DNA of 64,000 nt from an uncultured Chloroflexia bacterium (GTDB lineage Bacteria; Chloroflexota; Chloroflexia; Thermomicrobiales; JALYUS01). Under the pieces are notes generated by a model that was given only the letters and a program-made list of their open reading frames with translations, was not told the origin of the DNA and did not search any database. Location of the stretch: NCBI GenBank assembly GCA_963763655.1, contig CAVXPY010000043.1:49283-113282 (forward strand). The letters run 5' to 3'. The translations under genes were made by a program, and so were the position numbers. Shown here piece by piece: positions 19,931 through 31,455 of this stretch (positions are counted from its first letter, which is position 1; each line of letters opens with the position of its first letter).

Positions 19931-21235
19931 ATGCCGGTCACGGTGGTGCTGGGCGGACAATGGGGCGACGAGGGGAAGGGCCAGATCACGGACACGCTCG
20001 CGCGCGACGTGGACATCGTCGCGCGGGCGACGGGTGGCTCGAATGCAGGCCATACGGTGATCAACGAGCAAGGCACCTTCGCCGTCCATCTCATTCCGTC
20101 GGGCATCTTCACCCCCGGCACCATCTGCGTCCTTGGCAATGGCATGGTGATCGGCCCACAGACCTTGATTAAGGAGATGGACGCGCTCGCCGGGCACGGC
20201 ATCGACCTGTCGCGGCTGCATATCTCCGATAAGGCGCACCTCGTGATGCCCTATCACCCGACCCTCGACGCGCTCGAAGAGGAACGGCGCGGTGAGGCGG
20301 CCATCGGCACGACGCGGCGCGGTATCGGCCCCGCCTATATGGATAAGATGGCGCGGAGCGGCGTCCGCGTCGCCGATCTTCTCGATGAGGAGGCGCTTCG
20401 CAGTCGCCTGTCCTTCCTCCTCCCGTATCGCAACGATCAGTTCGTCAAGATTTTCGGCGCGGAACCGATCGCACTGGAGCCGCTAGTCGCGGAGATGCTT
20501 GGCTATGGTGAGCGGTTGCGGCCCTATGTGACGCAGACCGAGATACTCATTCAGGACGCGCTCGATGCGGGGAAGCATGTCCTTGTCGAGGGGGCGCAAG
20601 CCTCGCTTCTCGATCCCGACTTCGGTACCTACCCATTTGTCACCTCCTCCTCGCCGACCGCAGCGGGTGCCTGCCTCGGCACGGGCATCGCGCCGTCCCA
20701 GGTGACCGCTGTCCTCGGTGTCTTCAAGGCGTATTGCTCGCGGGTCGGCGCGGGGCCGATGCCCACCGAACTGATGAATGCCCTCGGTGACGAACTGCGC
20801 CAGCGGGGACGCGAGTACGGCACGACGACCGGGCGACCCCGCCGCACGGGCTGGTTCGACGCGGTTGCGGCGCGCTACGTCGTGCGCCTCAATGGCATCT
20901 CCCGCGTCGCGCTCACGGGTATCGGCGTCCTCGGTGCCTTCGAGACGATCAAGGTCTGCACCGCGTACCGCATCAATGGCGAAGAGGTGCGTACAATCCC
21001 AACGCTCGCCGAAGCGTACGCCCGTGCCGAACCGGTCTACGAAGAGTGGCCTGGCTGGCAGACTGATACGTCGGACGCGCAGACGGCGGACGATCTCCCC
21101 GCGAACGCACGCGCCTACATCGCGCGTTTGGAAGCACTGCTCGGCGCGGAAATCGTGCTCGTCGGTGTCGGTCAGCAGCGGCGGCAACTGGTACGGCGCG
21201 GTTCGTTCGCGCGTGAGGCGGCGGCGGTCTCCTGA
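19931..21235 (+). CDS. purA: adenylosuccinate synthetase
   Basis: Intact; 'GGQWGDEGKGQI', 'GGSNAGHTV' and 'GTTGRGIGPAY' are present. Confidence 0.9.
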   Translation: MPVTVVLGGQWGDEGKGQITDTLARDVDIVARATGGSNAGHTVINEQGTFAVHLIPSGIFTPGTICVLGNGMVIGPQTLIKEMDALAGHGIDLSRLHISDKAHLVMPYHPTLDALEEERRGEAAIGTTRRGIGPAYMDKMARSGVRVADLLDEEALRSRLSFLLPYRNDQFVKIFGAEPIALEPLVAEMLGYGERLRPYVTQTEILIQDALDAGKHVLVEGAQASLLDPDFGTYPFVTSSSPTAAGACLGTGIAPSQVTAVLGVFKAYCSRVGAGPMPTELMNALGDELRQRGREYGTTTGRPRRTGWFDAVAARYVVRLNGISRVALTGIGVLGAFETIKVCTAYRINGEEVRTIPTLAEAYARAEPVYEEWPGWQTDTSDAQTADDLPANARAYIARLEALLGAEIVLVGVGQQRRQLVRRGSFAREAAAVS

Positions 21236-21267
21236 TGAGCGAATGCCGGTAAGGGGAGCGCCGCGCG

Positions 21268-21411
21268 ATGCAGTCGATCTATCTCTATGTCATCGTCATC
21301 CTCATCATCGTCCTGACGATATTCATCGTGCGGCAGGTGCGCTTGCGTCGCGCAATTGCCGCCCGCCGCGCCGCCCGCGATGCTGCTTCCCGCACCAGGG
21401 GTGAAACCGAT
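21268..21411 (+). CDS. candidate small membrane peptide (47 aa)
   Basis: ATG ORF 'MQSIYLYVIVILIIVLTIFIVRQVRLRR...' with one TM helix and locally low GC. No homology support. Confidence 0.2.
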
Positions 21412-21414
21412 TGA

Positions 21415-21547
21415 ACCGCAGAGGACGCAGAGAGCGCAGAGCACGCAGAGAAATAAGAGGAAAAGAAACAGATTGCCCTCGTCGCGTTCTTTGCGTTCGT
21501 TCTCTTCTTCCCCTCTGTGCCCTCTGCGCTCTCTGCGTGCTCTGCGT
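21415..21547. repeat. inverted pair of heptanucleotide arrays, (CGCAGAG)x4 and (CTCTGCG)x4, around a ~60-nt AT-richer spacer
   Basis: cgcagaggacgcagagagcgcagagcacgcagag ... ctctgtgccctctgcgctctctgcgtgctctgcg. The arms are reverse complements, so they can form a ~34-bp imperfect hairpin between purA and fabZ. Confidence 0.75.
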
Positions 21548-21582
21548 TGATCTGGTTTCGATGGAGGTAGGTGAGGTGGTAG

Positions 21583-22023
21583 GTGATGCTTGATCGGGCG
21601 GCTATCGAGGCGATTATTCCGCACCGCGCGCCCTTCTTGCTCCTCGATCGCATCGTGGCGATTGAGGCGGGCAAATCGGCCATCGGGGAACTCGATGTGC
21701 GCGACGATGCCTTCTGGGTGCCCGGCCACTTCCCGCAGTACGCCGTGATGCCCGGAGTATTGATCGTCGAAGCGCTGGCCCAGGTCGGCGCGGTCGCCCT
21801 CCTGAGTATGGCGGAGTATCGCGGCAAGCTCGCCTTCTTCGGTGGGATTGATGGCGTCCGCTTCAAGCGACAGGTGCGCCCCGGTGATACGCTCCGGCTC
21901 GAAGTGACGCTCGACGCGATACGGCGCGGCATCGGCAAGGGGCGGGCAACCGCCACCGTCGGCGGTACACTCGCAGTGCGGGGCGAACTGCTCTTCGCGG
22001 TCGGCGATGCGACGAAGGACTGA
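21583..22023 (+). CDS. fabZ: 3-hydroxyacyl-ACP dehydratase
   Basis: Intact, 146 aa; '[13 protein letters not shown]' and '[19 protein letters not shown]' are present. The stop TGA lies inside a ggactgaggactgag motif. Confidence 0.9.
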   Translation: MMLDRAAIEAIIPHRAPFLLLDRIVAIEAGKSAIGELDVRDDAFWVPGHFPQYAVMPGVLIVEALAQVGAVALLSMAEYRGKLAFFGGIDGVRFKRQVRPGDTLRLEVTLDAIRRGIGKGRATATVGGTLAVRGELLFAVGDATKD

Positions 22024-22040
22024 GGACTGAGTTGGAGAAC

Positions 22041-22120
22041 CCTTCCCCTCCCCTCTCCATCGCCGTATGGAACTGACACATACCGAGGCTTGGGGGCGAT
22101 GGAGAGGGGCCGGGGGTGAG
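22041..22120. repeat. family-A hairpin element, copy 3
   Basis: ccttcccctcccctctccatcgccg-[31 nt]-ggcgatggagaggggccgggggtgagg. Confidence 0.7.
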
Positions 22121-23311
22121 GAATTCAAGCCAAGGACCAAGTCACCCCTCGCCATCACGCACGCGGAGCGGTTGCGGGATGCGATCGTCGGCGCGGTTTG
22201 TCGGCTGCTCGGTCTGCTCTTGCAGCCACTGATCCGGACGCCGCGCGGTGGCTGGCCGACACCGCGGCGTATTCTCGTCCTCAAACCGTGCTGCCTCGGC
22301 GATGTGCTCTTCACGACGCCCTTACTCGCCGCGATTCGGACGGCATATCCCAGTAGCCATCTCACCGTCGCGACGAGCGCATGGTCCGCGCCGGTGCTGG
22401 TCGATAACCCGCATATCGACGCTCTGTTCGATGTGCCGTCGCGCATTGGCCTGCGCGATGCCTGGCGGTGGGCGGGGAGCATCCGCGCGGCGGAGTTCGA
22501 TTGCGCGCTCGTGCCGGATCGGTCGCCGGTCTACGGCTTGCTCGTGGCGCTCGCGGGCATCCCGCGCCGCGCGGGCCTCGACAGCGGCGGGCGCGGCTTC
22601 CTCTATACCGACCGCGTGCCGATCACGCCGGACGAGCACGGTGTCCATGAAGCCGATCTCTACGCGCGGGTGGGTGCGGCGATTGGCGCGCCGCCACTCG
22701 TCGGGGCAGGGGACGGTCTATATGCCGCCCGCCGAGGCGATGACGCGAATCACGGCGATGATCGCGGAGCGGGGCTGGCAAGCTCCCCTCTGGGTGATCC
22801 ATCCGGGTGGTGGCGTCAATCCCGGCATGGCGTTGACGCCGAAGCGCTGGCCGCCGGCGCGGTTCGCATGCGTTCGCGGATGGACTCGCTGACGACGTAT
22901 GGCGGGACGGTGCTGCTCCTCGGCACAGAGACGGATGCAGACGCAGTGCGGTCCGTGCGTGCGCGCGATGCGTCGACCAGCCGTGGACCTGTACGGCGGT
23001 GCTCGATTTCGGCATGTGGCAGGCGTTCGCGCGCCACGCGACGCTCTACATTGGCAATGATCAACGGCATGACGCATTGCGCGCTTGCCGGGGGCACCCC
23101 GACTCTCGCCGTCTTCGCGCCGACGGACCCGCGGCAATATGGCGTTGTACGGTGGGCGGGGGATGATGGTCGTTGGGCGCGTGCCGTGGTCGCCCTGTTT
23201 CCGGCGTGGCAGGCTCGCGTGCACCTGCGGTACGATACGTTGCATGGAATGTGTGACGGTGGAGGCGGTCCGCTGCCGCCGCCAATCAACTCATCGGAGC
23301 GTCTCGATTGA
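22067..23311 (+). CDS. GT9-family glycosyltransferase (heptosyltransferase-like) no. 1; at least 3 apparent frameshifts; the true start is probably downstream of the repeat (~22130)
   Basis: 'RILVLKPCCLGDVLFTTPLLAAIR' is the GT9 N-terminal signature. The central and C-terminal blocks are scattered over ORFs 22248..22892 and 22067..23311 ('TLAVFAPTDPRQYG'). Confidence 0.65.
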   Translation: MELTHTEAWGRWRGAGGEEFKPRTKSPLAITHAERLRDAIVGAVCRLLGLLLQPLIRTPRGGWPTPRRILVLKPCCLGDVLFTTPLLAAIRTAYPSSHLTVATSAWSAPVLVDNPHIDALFDVPSRIGLRDAWRWAGSIRAAEFDCALVPDRSPVYGLLVALAGIPRRAGLDSGGRGFLYTDRVPITPDEHGVHEADLYARVGAAIGAPPLVGAGDGLYAARRGDDANHGDDRGAGLASSPLGDPSGWWRQSRHGVDAEALAAGAVRMRSRMDSLTTYGGTVLLLGTETDADAVRSVRARDASTSRGPVRRCSISACGRRSRATRRSTLAMINGMTHCALAGGTPTLAVFAPTDPRQYGVVRWAGDDGRWARAVVALFPAWQARVHLRYDTLHGMCDGGGGPLPPPINSSERLD

Positions 23312-24552
23312 ATCTCCAATACTACGCGCGCCGCGGCATGATGCGGGCGGGCGGGCTGTTCGTGAAACTCTGGAAGCCGCCGCCACTCGAAGCGGTGCGC
23401 CGCGTCGTCCTGATTCGGCCCGATCATCTCGGCGATATGCTGTTTGCTCACCCCGGCGCTCGCCCGGCTGCGCGAAGCGTTGCCCGATCTCGATGTGACG
23501 CTCTATGTTGATCCGACATCCTGCCCCGTCGCATACAACGGCACCGAGGGCGTGCGGATCGAGGCGCATTGCTTCCCCGGCATCACGCGCGGCCCGAAGC
23601 CCCATCCCGGTGCGCCCATATGTGGATCTCTGGTTCATGGCGCATCATCTCAAGGCGGGCAATTACGATGCCGCGCTCATCCTCCGGCCCGATCATTGGT
23701 GGGGCGGCGGCACGGCGGGCGTCGCGCGGATCCCGCTCGTGCTCGGCTTCGATCACCCGGACACGCGGCCCGCATTGACGCAGGCGCTACCCTTTGTGCC
23801 CCGGATGCACGCCGGGCGGTCGAATCTGCTCCTCATCGAAGCATTGATCGCGCGTGCGACGGGTGCGCCACCGCGCAGCTTGCCCGCTGGATGATGTGGC
23901 ACTGATGCGGGCAGCATCCCTTGGTCTTTCGTGTACCGGAGGCGGCACGCGCGAACGCGGCGGGGTTATTGAACGGTTTGGGGCTCGACACGCCGCTGAT
24001 CGCGATTAATCCCGAGCTCGGGCGCGCCCGTCAAGCAGTGGCTACTGGAGCGCTGGGCGCAGGTCGCGGATGCCTCATCGCGCGATACGGCGGGGCAGTC
24101 CTGCTCACGGGCGCGGCGAAGGAGGCGCATCTGACCGTGAGGTAGTCGCCGCGATGCAGCACTCTGCGCTCGATCTGGCGGGCAAGACGGACTTCGCGAC
24201 GCTCGGTGCCGTCTACGAGCGTGCTGCGCTCGTCCTCGGGCCGGATTGTGGCTCATTGCATCTCGCGGTCGCCGTCCGTACCCCGACGATCCATCTCTAC
24301 GGCCCCGCCGATGTCGCGCAGTACGGCCCATGGGGCGATCCCGACCGCCATATCGTCATGGTCGCAGACTGGCGCGATATCCCGTGCCTCGGCTGTGGCG
24401 ATCTCTCGCTGGACCGCCCGCCCGCGCCCCCCTGCCTGACGATCCTCCAAATGGCGGATGTGCTCGCGATGGCGGATCGTTTGCTTGCGTGCCCCATCTG
24501 TGCGGGTGTGAGCGGTGGGGGCGATCATGCGCCCGCTGACCATTGGCATTGA
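23308..24552 (+). CDS. GT9-family glycosyltransferase (heptosyltransferase-like) no. 2; at least 4 apparent frameshifts
   Basis: 'RVVLIRPDHLGDMLF' is at the N-terminus. Fragments lie in ORFs 23444.., 23505.., 23921.. and 24070..24552 ('GPDCGSLHLAVAVRTPTIHLYGPAD'). Confidence 0.6.
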
Positions 24553-25639
24553 TGCGAGCCGGACGCTGCCCGCGCAGCGTACCGGTACGGAGCAGTACAT
24601 GGCATCTTGCTCCGCGCGCCCTGATGGCAATGGAGACGCCGCATCACTGGCGGCTCTATGCCCCCGGCCCGCCGCCTGAAGATTTGGCCTCGCCGCCGAA
24701 AGGGTGGGAGTGGCGAGCGCTGCCCGTTTCCTCGTCTCTGGACGCATCGCGCGGCTTTCGTGGGAGATGGCACGTCACCGGCCGGACGTGCTCTTTGTGC
24801 CCGCGCACGTCGTCCCGGCGATCCACCCTCGCCATACCGTCGTGACGATCCATGATCTCGGCTACCGGCATTTCCCGGAGGCGCACCGGGCCGCGTCGCG
24901 CCGCTATCTCGATTGGTCCACGCGGTGGAGTGTTCGGGCCGCGCGACGGGTGATTGCGGTATCGGCAGCGACGCGGGATGATCTCGTGGCGATGCTGCAT
25001 GTCCCGTCGCGCAAAATTGCGGTTGTCCATCACGGCGTGCGACCTGTCACTTATCTCCCTGATGACGCAGTAGGGGCAACGCTGGACCGGCTCGGTATCG
25101 CGCGGCCCTATGTGCTCTTTCTCGGCACGGTCCAGCCGCGCAAGAATCTGCGGCGGCTGATCGGGGCGTTTCAACAGGTTGTCGCGGCAGGGTTGCCGCA
25201 TACGCTGGTAATTGCCGGGCAGATGGGGTGGTTGATGGCGGCGATGCGCACGGAGGTCGATACGCTCGGTCTCACCGACCGCATCCACTGCACCGGCTAC
25301 ATCGCGGACGATGATCTGCCCGCGCTCTACGCTGGCGCGGACGCCTTCGCCTTCCCGTCGCTCTACGAGGGGTTTGGGATGCCCGCGCTCGAAGCGCTCG
25401 CCTATGGCGTGCCGGTGCTCGCCGCGAATACGACCAGTCTGCCGGAAATTGTCGGGGATGCCGGGCTGCTCGTGGACCCGCTCGATGAAGCAGCCATCGG
25501 TACGGCACTCGTGCAACTGCTGACGGACGAGCCATTACGTGCCCGCCTCATCCAGCGTGGTCCCGCGCAGGCGGCGCGCTTCTCGTGGGAGCAATGCGCG
25601 CGGGAGACCCTTGCCGTGCTGGAAGGGGCGGCGCGATGA
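24527..25639 (+). CDS. GT4-family glycosyltransferase (glycosyl transferase group 1); apparent frameshifts in the first ~200 nt
   Basis: C-terminal catalytic domain 'FAFPSLYEGFGMPALEALAYGVPVLAANTTSLPEIVGDAG' (EX7E). The N-terminal 'MRPLTIGIDASR' lies in another frame. Confidence 0.7.
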
Positions 25640-26797
25640 CCGAAACGATGCGGCGTCTGCTCGTCATCAAACTCGCGGATATTGGCGACGCGATCGGCAC
25701 GCTGCCGGCGATCCGCGCCCTGCGCGATCTGCTGCCCGATGCGCGGATCGACGCGCTCGTCGCGCCCGGCGCGCGCGTCGTGCTCGAACGGGAACCGGCG
25801 GTGAACGAGGTTCTGACCCTCACGAAAGAGACGTACGATTCGCTGCGCGGCATGGCGAACCTCAAGGCGGTGCAAGAACTCACGCAGTTTGGCTGGTCGC
25901 TGCGGGAACGGCGGTACGACGCCGTTTTCTTCTTTCATCACCTGACGACCAGTTGGGGCGCGATGAAATACCGGGCGCTCGCCCGCGCGACGGGCGCGCC
26001 GGTGCGCGCCGGGCTGGAAAATGGCCGGGGCGATTTCCTCACCCACCGCGCGCGCGATCACGGCTTCGGCGTGAAGCCGGAATGGGCCTACTGGCTCGAT
26101 GTCGCGGGCCTGGTCGGTGCATCCGCGCGCGACCCGCGCCCGACAGTAGATGTGACCGACGATGCCTGTGCGGCTGCTCGCGCACTCGTGGGGGAGGGTG
26201 CGCCCTATGTCGCGCTCCATCCCGGCGTCGGTGCGTTCGGTCCGGCGCGACAATGGCCCCCCGCGCGGCTGGCAGCGGTCGGGCAATGCCTCGCCGCCGA
26301 TGGCTACCGGCTCGTCATCACCGGCGGGACGGATGCCTACGCACGCACGGCGGCAGATGACCTCTTGCGCCACTGCGGTGAGACGCCGATAGTCAGATCT
26401 CACAGGAAAGGCCACGATAGCGGTCACGGCAGCCATCTACGCGGGCGCGGCGCTCTTCATCGGCAGCGATAATGGCATGGCGCACCTCGCGGCAGCGGTC
26501 GACACACCGACGCTCGTCATCTTCGGGCCGTCGAATCACCGGGCGTGGGCACCGTACGGGGCGGTCGAGTGCAACCCCGGCGCGCTGACCGTACCCACTG
26601 GCGCGCGGGTCGTCGTCCTGCGCAGCACGATTGCCTGCTCGCCTTGCTTCTACACAGGATATACACTGGGGCGACCAAATGGTTGCCCATCACGAAACTG
26701 TCTCGACCACGTTCAAACAAGTGATGTACTTGCGGTGGCAAATCAAATCTTCGCATCGACTCTCTCGGCTTCCGATAGCGAAGTGATGCCGTTGTAG
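25636..26797 (+). CDS. GT9-family glycosyltransferase (heptosyltransferase-like) no. 3; one apparent frameshift near 26395
   Basis: 'RLLVIKLADIGDAIGTLPAIRALR' is at the N-terminus. The start overlaps the GT4 stop (ATGA). C-terminal part 'GSDNGMAHLAAAVDTPTLVIFGPSN' is in ORF 26477..26797. Confidence 0.7.
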
Positions 26798-26813
26798 CGC
26801 GGGGTGGTAGGAG

Positions 26814-29087
26814 ATGAGTGTTCAGACGGATGTCCGCGATGAACTGCTCGCGACGATCCTGCGCACCGCGCCGGTCAGTATCATCGTCATCGAAGCGGGG
26901 ACGTTGCGTATCCTCCTTGCGAACGAGCAGGCGAAACGCACCCTCGATCCGATATGGTACGATCGCGACCTCGCCTCCTACACGATGACGGACCTCTTTG
27001 GCGAAGAACGAGTCGCGAACTTCCGCGCCCTGGTGCAGCGCATCACCCGGACGGGCGAGCCGGTGCATGTGCGCGATCAGCCCTTCGATGGGTTCGCGCG
27101 CGGCCGCACGTATTGGAACTACGATGTGACGCCGCTCTTCGATGCCGCCGGAAACTGCCATGCGGTGATGCTCGGTTCGACAGATGTCACCGCGCATGTC
27201 CTCGCGCAGCAGAAACTGGAGGAGACGAACGCGGCGCTGATGGCCGTCGCGATCCGCAATGCTCAGTTGCACGAGCAGATGCAGCAGCGCATGACCGAGC
27301 TCGCCACCCTGGCGGAGGTCGGCGCGACGGTGGCCGTCTCCCTCGATTTCGATGAGGTGGTGGACCGTGTGCTGGCGGCGGTCTGCGCGCTCATTCCGCA
27401 TGACCGGGCCTTCCTGATGTTGGATGAGACCCCGGATGCCCTCCGGTCAGTCGCCGCGCGCTCCGCGACTGCGGAGGAGGTCGTGCAAGTCGGTCTGCTC
27501 ATTCCGAAAGCGCACAGCCTGAATGGATGGGTCTTTCAGAGTCGGCAACCGCTCCGGGTCGCGGATGTGCGTGCTGCGGGCAATACGCTGCCGATGCACT
27601 ACCCGCCGCAGGATGATCTCCAACTGCGCGCGGTCCTCTGCGTGCCGCTGATCGCCCGAGAGCAGGCCATCGGCACGATTTATCTCGCCCGCTATGAGCC
27701 GGATGTCTATACGGACGAGGACCTCGAACGGCTGCATCTGGTCGCCGCGCAGGCAGCCGTCGCGATAGCGAACGCGCTCCTCTATACGCGCAGCGTCCAG
27801 CAGGTCGCGCAACTCCAAAGGCTCAATGATGAACTGGAAACGCTCCGCGAAGTCGGCATCGCGACGACCGGCACGCTCGATCTCCCCGCCGTTCTCCGCC
27901 GTGTCCTCGCGGAAATCTCCCGTGTCGTGCCGTATGAGCAGGGGATGATCACGCTCGAAGTGCCCGATCGCGGCGTGCTTCGGGTCGCTGCCGCGACCGG
28001 CTCCGTAGTTGAACCGTTCCTTGGTATGGAGATGGGGATCAAAGAGAGCCTCAATGGCTTCGTCTTCACCGCAGGCGAAACGGTCTGCGTTGATGACTTC
28101 TGGGCATCTGAGGAGTGGCTGGCACGCTCGCATCGAATCGTCGTGCAGCGTGACGAACTGCGGAGCATTCTCTGCGCGCCGCTGCGGATCGGTGGGCAAA
28201 GTATCGGCACGATCTACCTCGCGCACGGTAAGCCTTCGGTCTATCGTGCAGAGGACATCGACCGGATCGAGCGGTATTGCCGCCAGGTCGCGGTGGCGGT
28301 GGCGAATGCGCGGCTCTATGAGCAGATTCAGAGCCAGGTCACCGAGCTTCGCCGCCTGAATGTCGATCTCGAAACGGCGAACCAGCATAAGAGTGAGTTC
28401 CTCGCCACGATGAGTCACGAACTGCGGACACCCCTCAATGCAATTATCGGTTTCTCGGAGCTCTTGGCGGACGATATTGTGGTGAGTGCTGCCGAACGGC
28501 GCGAATGCCTGATGGACATCCATTCGAGTGCCGGGCATCTGCTCTCGCTCATCAATGATGTCCTTGATGTCGCGAAAATCGAGTCCGGGCGGATGGAGAT
28601 GCGCCCGGTCGCCTTTGTCGTCGCGGACGAACTGCGCGAGGCGGAGCGCGTCATGGCCCCCCTCATCCTCACGAACCGCCAGACGCTCTCGATCGCGGTC
28701 GCTCCCAAAACGCCCCGCCTCTATGCGGATCGCGCGCGTTTCCGGCAGATCGTGCTCAATGTCCTCTCTAACGCAAACAAATTCACGCCCGAAGGAGGGC
28801 GCATTACGATCGCGGTAGACACCGTGGCCGATGATGTGCGCGTGCGTGTGACGGACACCGGCATCGGCATCCGCCCGGAGGACGCCTCTAAGGTCTTTGA
28901 GGCGTTTCGCCAAATCGATGGGTCGCTCTCGCGTCGCTACAGCGGCACCGGTCTCGGCCTCGCCCTCACGAAGCAATTGGTCGAACTGCAACACGGCAGC
29001 ATCGCCTTCGCAAGCGTCCCCGGCAAGGGAACGACCTTCACGATCACCCTCCCCGCTGCAAGGGAAGGACTGAGGACTGAGGACTAA
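26814..29087 (+). CDS. sensor histidine kinase with PAS, two GAF domains, HisKA and HATPase_c; no adjacent response regulator
   Basis: Intact 757-aa ORF. H-box '[18 protein letters not shown]'. N, G1 and G2 boxes ('NANKFT', 'DTGIGI', 'GTGLGLAL'). The last 6 codons and the TAA stop are encoded by a GAGGACT heptamer array. Confidence 0.85.
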   Translation: MSVQTDVRDELLATILRTAPVSIIVIEAGTLRILLANEQAKRTLDPIWYDRDLASYTMTDLFGEERVANFRALVQRITRTGEPVHVRDQPFDGFARGRTYWNYDVTPLFDAAGNCHAVMLGSTDVTAHVLAQQKLEETNAALMAVAIRNAQLHEQMQQRMTELATLAEVGATVAVSLDFDEVVDRVLAAVCALIPHDRAFLMLDETPDALRSVAARSATAEEVVQVGLLIPKAHSLNGWVFQSRQPLRVADVRAAGNTLPMHYPPQDDLQLRAVLCVPLIAREQAIGTIYLARYEPDVYTDEDLERLHLVAAQAAVAIANALLYTRSVQQVAQLQRLNDELETLREVGIATTGTLDLPAVLRRVLAEISRVVPYEQGMITLEVPDRGVLRVAAATGSVVEPFLGMEMGIKESLNGFVFTAGETVCVDDFWASEEWLARSHRIVVQRDELRSILCAPLRIGGQSIGTIYLAHGKPSVYRAEDIDRIERYCRQVAVAVANARLYEQIQSQVTELRRLNVDLETANQHKSEFLATMSHELRTPLNAIIGFSELLADDIVVSAAERRECLMDIHSSAGHLLSLINDVLDVAKIESGRMEMRPVAFVVADELREAERVMAPLILTNRQTLSIAVAPKTPRLYADRARFRQIVLNVLSNANKFTPEGGRITIAVDTVADDVRVRVTDTGIGIRPEDASKVFEAFRQIDGSLSRRYSGTGLGLALTKQLVELQHGSIAFASVPGKGTTFTITLPAAREGLRTED

Positions 29088-29098
29088 GGACTGAGGAC
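29066..29098. repeat. tandem heptanucleotide array (GAGGACT x4.5), the reverse complement of the 13063 array
   Basis: aggactgaggactgaggactaaggactgaggac; it contains the histidine kinase stop codon. Confidence 0.75.
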
Positions 29099-29135
29099 AA
29101 CGCGGGCGCATCTGCCCAAAGGGCACCCGTGCGTC

Positions 29136-29225
29136 CCCTACCTCTCCCCTCTCCATCGCCGTACAAACCTTGCTATTCCGTGATCTCCGGGCGATGGCTC
29201 CGTACGAGAGGGGTCGGGGGTGAGG
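29136..29225. repeat. family-A hairpin element, copy 4 (degenerate right arm)
   Basis: cccctacctctcccctctccatcgccg-[~35 nt]-ggcgatggctccgtacgagaggggtcgggggtgagg. Confidence 0.6.
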
Positions 29226-29406
29226 CAAAGCGTGAGGAATGCGTACTTCGCTCGTACCGCACGGGTAATTGAGCGCATGAGATTACCAGGTTCGTGTAAC
29301 TCGCAGTCCTCAATTCTCAGCACTTCCCCCACAAGTGGAACCTCTGTGGTCTGCCAGTCGTATCTTCTGCGGGGCCTGTTATGATACGAGGACACTGGAG
29401 GACCAT

Positions 29407-30455
29407 ATGACTGATACTGATGCACGCGTACGTTACCCGCAAGCCGCACCGACCCGCCGACCGAGCAGGCTGGACCGGATACCGGGCTATCGTGGTTACC
29501 ATGAGAAGGAATCGCGACGCGATGCGGATGGCGCATTGCGCCGGATGCTCGCTGCGGATTACGATGAGCAGTCAAAGCGGCTGACGCGCGTGCAGCAAAG
29601 CTTGCTTGCTGCGCGCCGCCTCGACCAACTCGCGCCGGTAGATCAAGCGCCGAGCGGCTGAAGCATTTCATGGACCGCGTCCGCACGGCGACCTATGGAT
29701 ATGCCTGGATGCGCGACACGATTCAGGTGGACGAACGTGCGCTCGATCAACTCTACCAGTTCGATCTCGCGCTCGCGGATGGTGTGGATACACGTCAGCA
29801 CCGAAAGTTGAGGCGACTCGAGCAAGCGGCGGACGGCGGCGGCGAACTGCAGCCCGCCGCTCGGCGATCTCGACGCGTCGGTGCAGGACTTGCAGGAGCG
29901 GTTCAATGCGCGCGCCGATATCTTCCAGACCGGGCAGCCGACGCAGAACACGAAACTCTTCGATATGGTCCAAACGCCTGCGCTGCTTGCCGGGTCAGAC
30001 GCGGACGATTCCGCTCCTCAATCTCAACGACGCCGTCAGTGTGGATGGCCGGGACTGGCTCGTCGCCGCACGCACGCGGGTGGATGGCGCTGTGCCATGG
30101 ACCGATTATCTCCTGCGCGATGGGCAGATAGGAGCGATGGCTGATCGTGCCGGGTGATGCGACGCGACCCATCGCGCTCACCGAGCAGGTGGATTTCTGG
30201 ACGCGCGTCCCGCCCGTCACGCCCCTCATGTTCGGCGGCGTTTCCTATTCACTCGGTCGAGCAGATGAGTGGGGCAGGCACCATCACTGCGGCAGCGGGC
30301 GAGCGCACCGGCAAGGTCACGCCTATGTCTATACGGGCGTGGATGGCGCATATCTCGTCCTGCGCGATTGGGGTACCGACCGCCAGGCGCTCGTTGGCCG
30401 CATGATTGACCGGCGCGAATTGCAGGTGTATCCGCAGATAGCGAGTAAGCAGTAG
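29407..30455 (+). CDS. hypothetical protein immediately upstream of pspA (C-terminal part weakly DUF4178-like); at least 3 apparent frameshifts
   Basis: Four overlapping ORFs (29335.., 29670.., 29906.., 30147..) fit one ~350-aa product. C-terminal segment 'VYTGVDGAYLVLRDWGTDRQALVGRMIDRRELQVYPQ'. The family assignment is tentative. The stop codon is embedded in an agtaggcagtag motif. Confidence 0.45.
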
Positions 30456-30533
30456 GCAGTAGAGAGTGGATCGCAGAGATGGGGATGGCTTGGGCTAGTC
30501 CCTACTCAGTCCTGAAGCGACCGAAGGGAGCAA

Positions 30534-31312
30534 ATGATGGGTATTCTCGACCGGATGACACGGTTGATCCGCGCGAACGTCAATGACATGATCGACCACG
30601 CCGAAGACCCGGAGAAAATGCTGGATCAACTGATCCGCGAGATGAACGACCAGATCCATATGGCGCGCGGGCAGGTCGCCGCGATGATCGCGCAGGAAAA
30701 AGAACTGCAAATGGACTACGACCAGTCCTGCCCGCATGGCGTCCGATTGGGATCGCAAGGCGGAACTCGCAGTCACGCAGAACAAGGACGACCTCGCGCG
30801 GGAAGCCCTGCGCCGCAAGCGGGACAACGACGAGCACGCGCAGGTCTACGCGACAACCTGACCTCGCAGCAGGAGATGGTCACGAAGCTGAAGGCGCAGT
30901 TGCAGCAACTCGAAGCGAAGTACGAGTCCGCCCGCGCGAACCGGGACGTGCTGATCGCGCGGCAGCGGCGCGCGGAGGCGATTCAGAAGGTCTCTAGCAC
31001 GATGTCCGGCCTGAAGTCGCTCGAACCGGGCGAAGAACTGGAGCGCATGGAGAACGCATCCGCTCCAATGAGGCCAGGGCGCTCGCCGAGCAGGACCTCG
31101 CGAGCGATTCGATGTCCGCGCAGTTTGCCGAACTCGACGGCGGCCTCGAAGTCGAGGACGATCTCGCCAAACTGAAGGCGCGCGTGCAAGGCAGTGCGCT
31201 GGCGGCGCTCCCACCCGGTCAGAGCATGGACGAACTCGCCGCCCTCAAGGCGCGCATGGGCGTCCACGAAGGCGCGGCACTCGCCCGCAGGCGATCCGCA
31301 ATCGGCGAGTAA
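30534..31312 (+). CDS. pspA: PspA/IM30-family protein (phage-shock protein A homologue); about 4 apparent frameshifts
   Basis: 'MGILDRMTRLIRANVNDMIDHAEDPEKMLDQLIREMNDQIHMARGQVAAMIAQEKELQ' is a canonical PspA N-terminus. Coiled-coil heptads continue through shifted ORFs (30846-31312). Confidence 0.75.
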
Positions 31313-31411
31313 TGAGACGAGCGCACAGACACAGACGCCGACCCCCGCAAAGCAGCAATAAGCACTGAGTCCGGGAAAGTGGACTGGGCGCAAGATGTTT
31401 GCACTCAGTCC

Positions 31412-31446
31412 TCAGTCCTCAGTTCTCAGTCACTCCGCGACGAAGG
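31412..31446. repeat. tandem heptanucleotide array (CAGTCCT/CAGTTCT x4) between pspA and the SPFH gene
   Basis: cactcagtcctcagtcctcagttctcagtcactc. Confidence 0.7.
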
Positions 31447-31455
31447 AGCGGTTCC

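Noticed and set aside
21172-22482. 436-aa minus-strand ORF covering the purA-fabZ intergenic repeats and fabZ
   Set aside because: It runs through heptamer arrays and a family-A element and is antisense to fabZ. No homology signal.
26517-29228. Long minus-strand ORFs (26517..27401, 27447..29228, 593 aa) opposite the histidine kinase
   Set aside because: They are antisense to an intact, well-supported 757-aa kinase. They are Arg/Asp-rich with no motifs, as expected for open antisense frames in ~68% GC DNA.
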